Both the position numbers and the translations under genes were made by a program. Positions 32,101-48,849 of a DNA stretch of 64,000 nucleotides are shown here, piece after piece (within the stretch, counting starts at the first letter, position 1; every line of letters starts with the position of its first letter). The notes beneath the pieces are model-generated. The model was not told the origin of the DNA, did no database searches, and saw only the letters and a list, made by a program, of their open reading frames with translations. The stretch is from positions 42,966,001 to 43,030,000 of the forward strand of contig OZ024756.1 of NCBI GenBank assembly GCA_964016885.1. The letters run 5' to 3'. The stretch comes from Eledone cirrhosa (lineage: Eukaryota).

Positions 32101-35100
32101 CACACTAGAGACAGACATAGGACACACACTAGAGACAGACATTGGAAACACACTAGAGACAGACATTGAACAGACACTAGAGACAGACATTGGACACACA
32201 CACTAGAGACAGACCTTGGACACACACACTAGAGACAGACATTGGACACACACTAGAGACAGACATTGGACACACACTAGAGACAGACATTGGACACACA
32301 CTAGAGACAGACATTGTACACACACTAGAGACAGACATTGGACACACACTAGATACAGACATTGGACACACACTAGAGACAGACATTGGACACACACACT
32401 AGAGACAGACATTGGACACACACACTAGAGACAGACATTGGACACACACTAGAGACAGACATTGGACACACCCTAGTGACAGACATTGGACACACACTAG
32501 AGACAGACATTGGACACACACTAGAGACAGACATTGGACACACACTAGAGACAGACATTGGACACACACTAGAGACAGACATTCGACACACACTAGAGAC
32601 AGACATTGGACACACACTAGAGACAGATACTGGACACACACTAGAGACAGATATTGGACACACACACTAGAGACAGACATTGGATACACACTACAGACAG
32701 ACATTGGACACACACTAGAGACAGACATTGGACACACACTAGAGACAGACATTGGACACACACCAGAGACAGACATTGGACACACACTAGAGACAGACAT
32801 TGGACACACACACTAGAGACAGACATTGGACACACACTAGAGACAGACATTGGACAAACACTAGAGACAGACATTTGACACACACTACAGACAGACATTG
32901 GACACACACTAGAGAAAGACATTGGACACACACTAGAGATAGACATGGGACACCCACTAGTGACAGATATTGGACACACACTAGAGACAGACATTGGACA
33001 CACACTAGAGACAGACATTGGACACACACTAGAGACAGACATTGGACACACACTAGAGACAGATACTGGACACACACTAGAGACAGATATTGGACACACA
33101 CACTAGAGACAGACATTGGATACACACTACAGACAGACATTGGACACACACTAGAGACAGACATTGGACACACACTAGAGACAGACATTGGATACACACT
33201 AGAAACAGACATTGGACACACACACTAGAGACAGACATTGGACACACACTAGAGACAGACATTGGATACACACACTAGAGTCAGACATTGGACACACACT
33301 TGAGACAGACATTGGACACACACACTAGTGACATATATTGGACACACACTAGAGACAGACATTGGATACACACTAGAAACAGACATTGGACACACACACT
33401 AGAGACAGACATTGGACACACACTAGAGACAGACATTGGATACACACACTAGAGTCAGACATTGGACACACACTAGAGACAGACATTGGACACACACTTG
33501 AGACAGACATTGGACACACACACTAGAGACAGACATTGGACACACGCTAGAGACAGACATTGGACACACACCAGAGACAGACATTGGACACACACACTAG
33601 AGACAGACATTGGACACACACTAGAGACAGACATTGGACAAACAATAGAGACAGACATTGGACACACACTAGAGACAGACATTGGACACACACTAGAGAC
33701 AGACATTGGACACACACTAGAGACAGACATGGGACACACACTAGTGACAGATATTGCACACACACTAGAGACAGACATTGGACACACACTAGAGACAGAC
33801 ATTGGACACACACCAAAGACAGACATTGGACACACACAAGAGACAGACATTGGACACACATTAGAGACAGAGATTAGATACACACTAGAAACAGACATTG
33901 GACACACAATAGAAACAGACATTGGACACACACTAGAGATAGACATTGGACACACACTAGAGACAGACATTGGACACACACTTGAGACAGACATTGGACA
34001 CACACACTAGTGACAGACATTGGACACACACTAGACACAGACATTGGACACACACCAGAGCCAGACATTGGACACACTCACTAGAGACAGACATTGGACA
34101 CACACTAGAGACAGACATTGGACACATACTAGAGACAGACATTGGATACACACTACAGACAGACATTGGACACACACTAGAGACAGACATTGGACACACA
34201 CTAGAGACAGACATTGGACACACACCAGAGACAGACATTGGACACACACTAGAGACAGACATTGGACACACACACTAGAGACAGACATTGGACACACACT
34301 AGAGACAGACATTGGACACACACTAGAGACAGACATGGGACACACACTAGTGACAGATATTGGACACACACTAGAGACAGACATTGGACACACACTAGAG
34401 ACAGACATTGGACACACACTTGAGACAGACATTGGACACACACACTAGTGACATATATTGGACACACACTAGAGACAGACATTGGACACACGCTAGAGAC
34501 AGACATTGGACACACACCAGAGACAGACATTGGACACACACACTAGAGACAGACATTGGACACACACTAGAGACAGACATTGGACAAACACTAGAGACAG
34601 ACATTGGACACACACTAGAGACAGACATTGGACACACACTAGAGACAGACATTGGACACACACTAGAGACAGACATGGGTCACACACTAGTGACAGATAT
34701 TGCACACACACTAGAGACAGACATTGGACACACACTAGAGACAGACATTGGACACACACCAAAGACAGACATTGGACACACACAAGAGACAGACATTGGA
34801 CACACATTAGAGACAGAGATTGGATACACACTAGAAACAGACATTGGACACACAATAGAAACAGACATTGGAGACACACTAGAGATAGACATTGGACACA
34901 CACTAGAGACAGACATTGGATACACACTAGAAACAGACATTGGACACACACACTAGAGACAGACATTGGACACACACTAGACACAGACATTGGATACACA
35001 CACTAGAGTCAGACATTGGACACACACTTGAGACAGACATTGGACACACACACTAGTGACATATATTGGACACACACTAGAGACAGACATTGGACACACA

Positions 35101-38100
35101 CTAGAGACAGACATTGGACGCACACTAGAGACAGACATTGGACACACACTAGATACAGACATTGGACACACACTAAGACAGACATTGGACACACACACTA
35201 GAGACAGACATTGGACACACACAGTAGAGACGGACATTGGACACACACTAGTGACAGACATTGGACACACACTAGAGACAGACATTGGACACACACTAGA
35301 GACAGACATTGGACACACACTAGAGACAGACATTGGACACACACTAGATACAGACATTGGACACACACTAGAGACAGACATTGGACACACACTAGAGACA
35401 GACATTGGACACACACACTAGAGACAGACATTGGACACACACTAGAGACAGACATTGGACAAACACTAGAGACAGACATTGGACACACACTAGAGACAGA
35501 CATCGGACACACACTAGAGACAGACATTGGACACACACTAGAGACAGACATGGGACACACAATAGAAACAGACATTGGACACACACTAGAGACAGACATG
35601 GGACACCCACTAGTGACAGATATTGGACACACACTAGAGACAGACATTGGACACACACTAGAGACAGACATTGGACACACACTTGAGACAGACATTGGAC
35701 ACACACACTAGTGACAGATATTGCACACACACTAGAGACAGACATTGGACACACACTAGAGACAGACATTGGACACACATTAGAGACAGAGATTAGATAC
35801 ACACTAGAAACAGACATTGGACACACAATAGAAACAGACATTGGACACACACTAGAGATAGACATTGGACACACACTAGAGACAGACATTGGACACATAC
35901 TAGAGACAGACATTGGATACACACTACAGACAGACATTGGACACACACTAGAGACAGACATTGGACACACACTAGAGACAGACATTGGACACACACCAGA
36001 GACAGACATTGGACACACACTAGAGACAGACATTGGACACACACACTAGAGACAGACATTGGACACACACTAGAGACAGACATTGGACACACACTAGAGA
36101 CAGACATGGGACACACACTAGTGACAGATATTGGACACACACTAGAGACAGACATTGGACACACACTAGAGACAGACATTGGACACACACTTGAGACAGA
36201 CATTGGACACACACACTAGTGACATATATTGGACACACACTAGAGACAGACATTGGACACACGCTAGAGACAGACATTGGACACACACCAGAGACAGACA
36301 TTGGACACACACACTAGAGACAGACATTGGACACACACTAGAGACAGACATTGGACAAACACTAGAGACAGACATTGGACACACACTAGAGACAGACATT
36401 GGACACACACTAGAGACAGACATTGGACACACACTAGAGACAGACATGGGTCACACACTAGTGACAGATATTGCACACACACTAGAGACAGACATTGGAC
36501 ACACACTAGAGACAGACATTGGACACACACCAAAGACAGACATTGGACACACACAAGAGACAGACATTGGACACACATTAGACACAGACATTGGATACAC
36601 ACACTAGAGATAGACATTGGACACACACTAGAGACAGACATTGGATACACACTAGAAACAGACATTGGACACACACACTAGAGACAGACATTGGACACAC
36701 ACTAGACACAGACATTGGATACACACACTAGAGTCAGACATTGGACACACACTTGAGACAGACATTGGACACACACACTAGTGACATATATTGGACACAC
36801 ACTAGAGACAGACATTGGACACACACTAGAGACAGACATTGGACGCACACTAGAGACAGACATTGGACACACACTAGATACAGACATTGGACACACACTA
36901 AGACAGACATTGGACACACACACTAGAGACAGACATTGGACACACACACTAGAGACGGACATTGGACACACACTAGTGACAGACATTGGACACACACTAG
37001 AGACAGACATTGGACACACACTAGAGACAGACATTGGACACACACTAGAGACAGACATTGGACACACACTAGATACAGACATTGGACACACACTAGAGAC
37101 AGACATTGGACACACACTAGAGACAGACATTGGACACACACACTAGAGACAGACATTGGACACACACTAGAGACAGACATTGGACAAACACTAGAGACAG
37201 ACATTGGACACACACTAGAGACAGACATTGGACACACACTAGAGACAGACATTGGACACACACTAGAGACAGACATGGGACACACAATAGAAACAGACAT
37301 TGGAGACACACTAGAGATAGACATTGGACACACACTAGAGACAGACATTGGATACACACTAGAAACAGACATTGGACACACACACTAGAGACAGACATTG
37401 GACACACACTAGAGTCAGACATTGGACACACACTTGAGACAGACATTGGACACACACACTAGTGACATATATTGGACACACACTAGAGACAGACATTGGA
37501 TACACACTAGAAACAGACATTGGACACACACACCAGAGACAGACATTGGACACACACTAGAGACAGACATTGGATACACACACTAGAGTCAGACATTGGA
37601 CACACACTAGAGACAGACATTGGACACACACTTGAGACAGACATTGGACACACACACTAGTGACATATATTGGACACACACTAGAGACAGACATTGGACA
37701 CACACTAGAGACAGACATTGGACGCACACTAGAGACAGACATTGGACACACACTAGATACAGACATTGGACACACACTAGAGACAGACATTGGACACACA
37801 CACTAGAGACAGACATTGGACACACACACTAGAGACGGACATTGGACACACACTAGTGACAGACATTGGACACACACTAGAGACAGACATTGGACACACA
37901 CTAGAGACAGACATTGGACACACACTAGAGACAGACATTGGACACACACTAGATACAGACATTGGACACACACTAGAGACAGACATTGGACACACACTAG
38001 AGACAGACATTGGACACACACTAGAGACAGACATTGGACACACACGAGAGACAGACATTGGACACACACTAGAGACAGACATTGGATACACACAAGAGAC

Positions 38101-39989
38101 AGACATTGGACACACACTAGAGACAGACATTGGACACACACTAGAGACAGACATTGGACACACACCAGAGACAGACATTGGACACACACTAGAGACAGAC
38201 ATTGGACACACACACTAGAGACAGACATTGGACACACACTAGAGACAGACATTGGACACACACTAGAGACAGACATGGGACACACACTAGTGACAGATAT
38301 TGGACACACACTAGAGACAGACATTGGACACACACTAGAGACAGACATTGGACACACACTTGAGACAGACATTGGACACACACACTAGTGACATATATTG
38401 GACACACACTAGAGACAGACATTGGACACACGCTAGAGACAGACATTGGACACACACCAGAGACAGACATTGGACACACACACTAGAGACAGACATTGGA
38501 CACACACTAGAGACAGACATTGGACAAACACTAGAGACAGACATTGGACACACACTAGAGACAGACATTGGACACACACTAGAGACAGACATGGGACACA
38601 CAATAGAAACAGACATTGGAGACACACTAGAGATAGACATTGGACACACACTAGAGACAGACATTGGATACACACACTAGAGACAGACATTGGACACACA
38701 CTAGAGACAGACATTGGATACACACACTAGAGTCAGACATTGGACACACACTTGAGACAGACATTGGACACACACACTAGTGACATATATTGGACACACA
38801 CTAGAGACAGACATTGGACACACACTAGAGACACACATTGGACGCACACTAGAGACAGACATTGGACACACACTAGATACAGACATTGGACACACACTAG
38901 AGACAGACATTGGACACACACATAGAGACAGACATTGGACACACACACTAGAGACGGACATTGGACACACACTAGTGACAGACATTGGACACACACTAGA
39001 GACAGACATTGGACATACACTAGAGACAGACATTGGACACACACTAGAGACAGACATTGGACACACACTAGATACAGACATTGGACACACACTAGAGACA
39101 GACATTGGACACACACTAGAGACAGACATTGGACACACACACTAGAGACAGACATTGGACACACACTAGAGACAGACATTGGACAAACACTAGAGACAGA
39201 CATTGGACACACACTAGAGACAGACATTGGACACACACTAGAGACAGACATTGGACACACACTAGAGACAGACATGGGACACACACTAGTGACAGATATT
39301 GCACACACACTAGAGACAGACATTGGACACACACCAAAGACAGAGATTGGACACACACAAGAGACAGACATTGGACACACATTAGAGACAGAGATTGGAT
39401 ACACACTAGAAACAGACATTGGACACACAATAGAAACAGAAATTGGACACACACTAGAGATAGACATTGGACACACACTAGAGACAGACATTGGATACAC
39501 ACTAGAAACAGACATTGGACACACACACTAGAGACAGACATTGGACACACACTAGAGACAGACATTGGATACACGCACTAGAGTCAGACATTGGACACAC
39601 ACTAGAGACAGACATTGGACACACACTTGAGACAGACATTGGACACACACACTAGTGACATATATTGGACACACACTAGAGACAGACATTGGACACACAC
39701 TAGAGACAGACATTGGACGCACACTAGAGACAGACATTGGACACACACTAGATACAGACATTGGACACACACTAGAGACAGACATTGGACACACACACTA
39801 GAGACAGACATTGGACACACACACTAGAGACGGACATTGGACACACACTAGTGACAGACATTGGACACACACTAGAGACAGACATTGGACACACACTAGA
39901 GACAGACATTGGACACACACTAGAGACAGACATTGGACACACACTAGATACAGACATTGGACACACACTAGAGACAGACATTGGACACA

Positions 39990-42900
39990 CACTAGAGACA
40001 GACATTGGAAACACACTAGAGACAGACATTGGACAGACACTAGAGACAGACATTGGACACACACACTAGAGACAGACCTTGGACACACACACTAGAGACA
40101 GACATTGGACACACACTAGAGACAGACATTGGACACACACTAGAGACAGACATTGGACACACACTAGAGACAGACATTGTACACACACTAGAGACAGACA
40201 TTGGACACACACTAGATACAGACATTGGACACACACTAGAGACAGACATTGGACACACACACTAGAGACAGACATTGGACACACACACTAGAGACAGACA
40301 TTGGACACACACTAGAGACAGACATTGGACACACACTAGTGACAGACATTGGACACACACTAGAGACAGACATTGGACACACACTAGAGACAGACATTGG
40401 ACACACACTAGAGACAGACATTGGACACACACTAGAGACAGACATTGGACACACACTAGAGACAGACATTGGACACACACTAGATACAGACATTGGACAC
40501 ACACTAGAGACAGATATTGGACACACACACTAGAGACAGACATTGGATACACACTACAGACAGACATTGGACACACATTAGAGACAGACATTGGACACAC
40601 ACTAGAGACAGACATTGGACACACACCAGAGACAGACATTGGACACACACTAGAGACAGACATTGGGGACACACACTAGAGACAGACATTGGACACACAC
40701 TAGAGACAGACATTGGACAAACACTAGAGACAGACATTGGACACACACTAGAGACAGACATTGGACACACACTAGAGACAGACATTGGACACACACTAGA
40801 GACAGACATGGGACACCCACTAGTGACAGATATTGGACACACACTAGAGACAGACATTGGACACACACTAGAGACAGACATTGGACACACACTAGAGACA
40901 GACATTGGACACACACTAGAGACAGACATTGGACACACACTAGAGACAGACATGGGACACACACTAGTGACAGATATTGCACACACACTAGAGACAGACA
41001 TTGGACACACACTAGAGACAGACATTGGACAAACACTAGAGACAGACATTGGACACACACTAGAGACAGACATTGGACACACACTAGAGACAGACATTGG
41101 ACACACACTAGAGACAGACATGGGACACACACTAGTGACAGATATTGCACACACACTAGAGACAGACATTGGACACACACTAGAGACAGACATTGGACAC
41201 ACACCAAAGACAGACACTGGACACACACAAGAGACAGACATTGGATACACACTAGAAACAGACATTGGACACACAATAGAAACAGACATTGGACACACAC
41301 TAGAGATAGACATTGGACACACACTAGAGACAGACATTGGACACACACTTGAGACAGACATTGGACACACACACTAGTGACAGACATTGGACACACACTA
41401 GAGACAGACATTGGACACACACCAGAGCCAGACATTGGACACACTCACTAGAGACAGACATTGGACACACACTAGAGACAGACATTGGACACATACTAGA
41501 GACAGACATTGGATACACACTACAGACAGACATTGGACACACACTAGAGACAGACATTGGACACACACTAGAGACAGACATTGGACACACACCAGAGACA
41601 GACATTGGACACACACTAGAGACAGACATTGGACATACACACTAGAGACAGACATTGGACACACACTAGAGACAGACATTGGACACACACTAGAGACAGA
41701 CATTGGACACACACTAGAGACAGACATGGGACACACACTAGTGACAGATATTGGACACACACTAGAGACAGACATTGGACACACACTAGAGACAGACATT
41801 GGACACACACTTGAGACAGACACTGGACACACACACTAGTGACATATATTGGACACACACTAGAGACAGACATTGGACAAACGCTAGAGACAGACATTGG
41901 ACACACACCAGAGACAGACATTGGACACACACACTAGAGACAGACATTGGACACACACTAGAGACAGACATTGGACAAACACTAGAGACAGACATTGGAC
42001 ACACACTAGAGACAGACATTGGACACACACTAGAGACAGACATTGGACACACACTAGAGACAGACATGGGACACACACTAGTGACAGATATTGCACACAC
42101 ACTAGAGACAGACATTGGACACACACTAGAGACAGACATTGGACACACACCAAAGACAGACATTGGACACACACAAGAGACAGACATTGGACACACATTA
42201 GAGACAGACATTGGACAAACACTAGAAACAGACATTGGACACACAATAGAAACAGACATTGGACACACATTAGAGATAGACATTGGACACACACTAGAGA
42301 CAGAGATTGGATACACACTAGAAACAGACATTGGACACACACACTAGAGACAGACATTGGACACACACTAGAGACAGACATTGGATACACACACTAGAGT
42401 CAGACATTGGACACACACTAGAGACAGACATTGGACACACACTTGAGACAGACATTGGACACACACACTAGTGACATATATTGGACACACACTAGAGACA
42501 GACATTGGACACACACTAGAGACAGACATTGGACGCACACTAGTGACAGACATTGGACACACACTAGATACAGACATTGGACACACACTAGAGACAGACA
42601 TTGGACACACACACTAGAGACAGACATTGGACACACACACTAGAGACGGACATTGGACACACACTAGTGACAGACATTGGACACACACTAGAGACAGACA
42701 TTGGAAACACACTAGAGACAGACATTGGACAGACACTAGAGACAGACATTGGACACACACACTAGAGACAGACCTTGGACACACACACTAGAGACAGACA
42801 TTGGACACACACTAGAGACAGACATTGGACACACACTAGAGACAGACATTGGACACACACTAGAGACAGACATTGTACACACACTAGAGACAGACATTGG

Positions 42901-45400
42901 ACACACACTAGATACAGACATTGGACACACACTAGAGACAGACATTGGACACACACACTAGAGACAGACATTGGACACACACACTAGAGACAGACATTGG
43001 ACACACACTAGAGACAGACATTGGACACACACTAGTGACAGACATTGGACACACACTAGAGACAGACATTGGACACACACTAGAGACAGACATTGGACAC
43101 ACACTAGAGACAGACATTGGACACACACTAGAGACAGACATTGGACACACACTAGAGACAGACATTGGACACACACTAGAGACAGATACTGGACACACAC
43201 TAGAGACAGATATTGGACACACACACTAGAGACAGACATTGGATACACACTACAGACAGACATTGGACACACATTAGAGACAGACATTGGACACACACTA
43301 GAGACAGACATTGGACACACACCAGAGACAGACATTGGACACACACTAGAGACAGACATTGGGGACACACACTAGAGACAGACATTGGACACACACTAGA
43401 GACAGACATTGGACAAACACTAGAGACAGACATTGGACACACACTAGAGACAGACATTGGACACACACTAGAGACAGACATTGGACACACACTAGAGACA
43501 GACATGGGACACCCACTAGTGACAGATATTGGACACACACTAGAGACAGACATTGGACACACACTAGAGACAGACATTGGACACACACTAGAGACAGACA
43601 TTGGACACACACTAGAGACAGACATTGGACACACACTAGAGACAGACATGGGACACACACTAGTGACAGATATTGCACACACACTAGAGACAGACATTGG
43701 ACACACACTAGAGACAGACATTGGACAAACACTAGAGACAGACATTGGACACACACTAGAGACAGACATTGGACACACACTAGAGACAGACATTGGACAC
43801 ACACTAGAGACAGACATGGGACACACACTAGTGACAGATATTGCACACACACTAGAGACAGACATTGGACACACACTAGAGACAGACATTGGACACACAC
43901 CAAAGACAGACACTGGACACACACAAGAGACAGACATTGGACACACATTAGAGACAGAGATTGGATACACACTAGAAACAGACATTGGACACACAATAGA
44001 AACAGACATTGGACACACACTAGAGATAGACATTGGACACACACTAGAGACAGACATTGGACACACACTTGAGACAGACATTGGACACACACACTAGTGA
44101 CAGACATTGGACACACACTAGAGACAGACATTGGACACACACCAGAGCCAGACATTGGACACACTCACTAGAGACAGACATTGGACACACACTAGAGACA
44201 GACATTGGACACATACTAGAGACAGACATTGGATACACACTACAGACAGACATTGGACACACACTAGAGACAGACATTGGACACACACTAGAGACAGACA
44301 TTGGACACACACCAGAGACAGACATTGGACACACACTAGAGACAGACATTGGACATACACACTAGAGACAGACATTGGACACACACTAGAGACAGACATT
44401 GGACACACACTAGAGACAGACATTGGACACACACTAGAGACAGACATGGGACACACACTAGTGACAGATATTGGACACACACTAGAGACAGACATTGGAC
44501 ACACACTAGAGACAGACATTGGACACACACTTGAGACAGACACTGGACACACACACTAGTGACATATATTGGACACACACTAGAGACAGACATTGGACAA
44601 ACGCTAGAGACAGACATTGGACACACACCAGAGACAGACATTGGACACACACACTAGAGACAGACATTGGACACACACTAGAGACAGACATTGGACAAAC
44701 ACTAGAGACAGACATTGGACACACACTAGAGACAGACATTGGACACACACTAGAGACAGACATTGGACACACACTAGAGACAGACATGGGACACACACTA
44801 GTGACAGATATTGCACACACACTAGAGACAGACATTGGACACACACTAGAGACAGACATTGGACACACACCAAAGACAGACATTGGACACACACAAGAGA
44901 CAGACATTGGACACACATTAGAGACAGACATTGGACAAACACTAGAAACAGACATTGGACACACAATAGAAACAGACATTGGACACACATTAGAGATAGA
45001 CATTGGACACACACTAGAGACAGAGATTGGATACACACTAGAAACAGACATTGGACAAACACACTAGAGACAGACATTGGACACACACTAGAGACAGACA
45101 TTGGATACACACACTAGAGTCAGACATTGGACACACACTAGAGACAGACATTGGACACACACTTGAGACAGACATTGGACACACACACTAGTGACATATA
45201 TTGGACACACACTAGAGACAGACATTGGACACACACTAGAGACAGACATTGGACGCACACTAGTGACAGACATTGGACACACACTAGATACAGACATTGG
45301 ACACACACTAGAGACAGACATTGGACACACACACTAGAGACAGACATTGGACACACACACTAGAGACGGACATTGGACACACACTAGTGACAGACATTGG
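39990..45400. repeat. ~2.7-kb tandem duplication (offset 2696, then 2720)
   Basis: Offsets 40040/42736 and 40504/43200 are 2696, and 41324/44044 and 42368/45088 are 2720 (one extra monomer). Both copies share the ATTGGGGAC and ACAAACGCTAG markers. Confidence 0.92.
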
Positions 45401-48400
45401 ACACACACTAGAGACAGACATTGGACACACACTAGAGACAGACATTGGACACACACTAGAGACAGACATTGGACACACACTAGATACAGACATTGGACAC
45501 ACACTAGAGACAGACATTGGACACACACTAGAGACAGACATTGGAAACACACTAGAGACAGACATTGGACAGACACTAGAGACAGACATTGGACACACAC
45601 ACTAGAGACAGACCTTGGACACACACACTAGAGACAGACATTGGACACACACTAGAGACAGACATTGGACACACACTAGAGACAGACATTGGACACACAC
45701 TAGAGACAGACATTTTACACACACTAGAGACAGACATTGGACACACACTAGATACAGACATTGGACACGCACTAGGGACAGACATTGGACACACACTAGA
45801 GACAGACATTGGACACACACACTAGAGACAGACATTGGACACACACTAGAGACAGACATTGGACACACACCAGAGACAGACATTGGACACACACTTGAGA
45901 CAGACATTGGACACACACACTAGTGACATATATTGGACACACACTAGAGACAGACATTGGACACACACGAGAGACAGACATTGGACACACACTAGAGACA
46001 GACATTGGACACACACTAGAGACAGACATTGGACACACACTAGAGACAGACATTGGACACACACTAGAGACAGACATTGGACACACACTAGAGACAGATA
46101 CTGGACACACACAAGAGACAGATATTGGACACACACACTAGAGACAGACATTGGATACACACTACAGACAGACATTGGACACACACTAGAGACAGACATT
46201 GGACACACACTAGAGACAGACATTGGACACACACCAGAGACAGACATTGGACACACACTAGAGACAGACATTGGACACACACACTAGAGACAGAAATTAG
46301 ACACACACTAGAGACAGACATTGGACACACACTAGAGACAGACATTGGACAAACACTAGAGACAGACATTGGACACACACTAGAGACAGACATTGGACAC
46401 ACACTAGAGACAGACATTGGACACACACTAGAGACAGACATGGGACACACACACTAGAGACAGACATTGGACACACACTAGAGACAGACATTGGACAAAC
46501 ACTAGAGACAGACATTGGACACACACTAGAGACAGACATTGGACACACACTAGAGACAGACATTGGACACACACTAGAGACAGACATGGGACACACACTA
46601 GTGACAGATATTGCACACACACTAGAGACAGACATTGGACGCACACTCGAGACAGACATTGGACACACACCAAAGACAGACATTGGACACACACAAGAGA
46701 CAGACATTGGACACACATTAGAGACAGAGATTGCATACACACTAGAAACAGACATTGGACACACAATAGAAACAGACAATGGACACACACTAGAGATAGA
46801 CATTGGACACACACTAGAGACAGACATTGGATACACACTAGAAACAGACATTGGACACACACACTAGAGACAGACATTGGACACACACTAGAGACAGACA
46901 TTGGATACACACACTAGAGTCAGACATTGGACACACATTAGAGACAGACATTGGACACACACTTGAGACAGACATTGGACACACACACTAGTGACATATA
47001 TTGGACACACACTAGAGACAGACATTGGACACACACTAGAGACAGACATTGGACGCACACTAGAGACAGACATTGGACACACACTAGATACAGACATTGG
47101 ACACACACTAGTGACAGACATTGGACACACACTAGAGACAGACATTGGACACACACTAGAGACAGACATTGGACACACACTAGATACAGACGTTGGACAC
47201 ACACTAGAGACAGACATTGGACACACACTAGAGACAGACATTGGAAACACACTAGAGACAGACATTGGACAGACACTAGAGACAGACATTGGACACACAC
47301 ACTAGAGACAGACCTTGGACACACACACTAGAGACAGACATTGGACACACACTAGAGACAGACATTTACACACACTAGAGACAGACATTGGACACACACT
47401 AGAGACAGACATTGTACACACACTAGAGACAGACATTGGACACACACTAGATACAGACATTGGACACACACTAGAGACAGACATTGGACACACACACTAG
47501 AGACAGACATTGGACACACACACTAGAGACAGACATTGGACACACACTAGAGACAGACATTGGACACACACTAGTGACAGACATTGGACACACACTAGAT
47601 ACAGACGTTGGACACACACTAGAGACAGACATTGGACACACACTAGAGACACACATTGGACGCACACTAGAGACAGACATTGGACACACACTAGATACAG
47701 ACATTGGACACACACTAGAGACAGACATTGGACACACACATAGAGACAGACATTGGACACACACACTAGAGACGGACATTGGACACACACTAGTGACAGA
47801 CATTGGACACACACTAGAGACAGACATTGGACACACACTAGAGACAGACATTGGACACACACTAGAGACAGACATTGGACAAACACTAGAGACAGACATT
47901 GGACACACACTAGAGACAGACATTGGACACACACTAGAGACAGACATTGGACACACACTAGAGACAGACATGGGTCACACACTAGTGACAGATATTGCAC
48001 ACACACTAGAGACAGACATTGGACACACACTAGAGACAGACATTGGACACACACCAAAGACAGACATTGGACACACACAAGAGACAGACATTGGACACAC
48101 ATTAGAGACAGAGATTGGATACACACTAGAAACAGACATTGGACACACAATAGAAACAGACATTGGAGACACACTAGAGATAGACATTGGACACACACTA
48201 GAGACAGACATTGGATACACACTAGAAACAGACATTGGACACACACACTAGAGACAGACATTGGACACACGCTAGACACAGACATTGGATACACACACTA
48301 GAGTCAGACATTGGACACACACTTGAGACAGACATTGGACACACACACTAGTGACATATATTGGACACACACTAGAGACAGACATTGGACACACACTAGA

Positions 48401-48849
48401 GACAGACATTGGACGCACACTAGAGACAGACATTGGACACACACTAGATACAGACATTGGACACACACTAAGACAGACATTGGACACACACACTAGAGAC
48501 AGACATTGGACACACACAGTAGAGACGGACATTGGACACACACTAGTGACAGACATTGGACACACACTAGAGACAGACATTGGACACACATTAGAGACAG
48601 ACATTGGACACACACTAGAGACAGACATTGGACACACACTAGATACAGACATTGGACACACACTAGAGACAGACATTGGACACACACTAGAGACAGACAT
48701 TGGACACACACACTAGAGACAGACATTGGACACACACTAGAGACAGACATTGGACAAACACTAGAGACAGACATTGGACACACACTAGAGACAGACATCG
48801 GACACACACTAGAGACAGACATTGGACACACACTAGAGACAGACATGGG

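Noticed and set aside
43200-44164. Longest ORFs (272-296 aa) as a possible repeat-protein exon
   Set aside because: This is simply a run of monomers with few 26-bp units. Overlapping ORFs are open on both strands at once.
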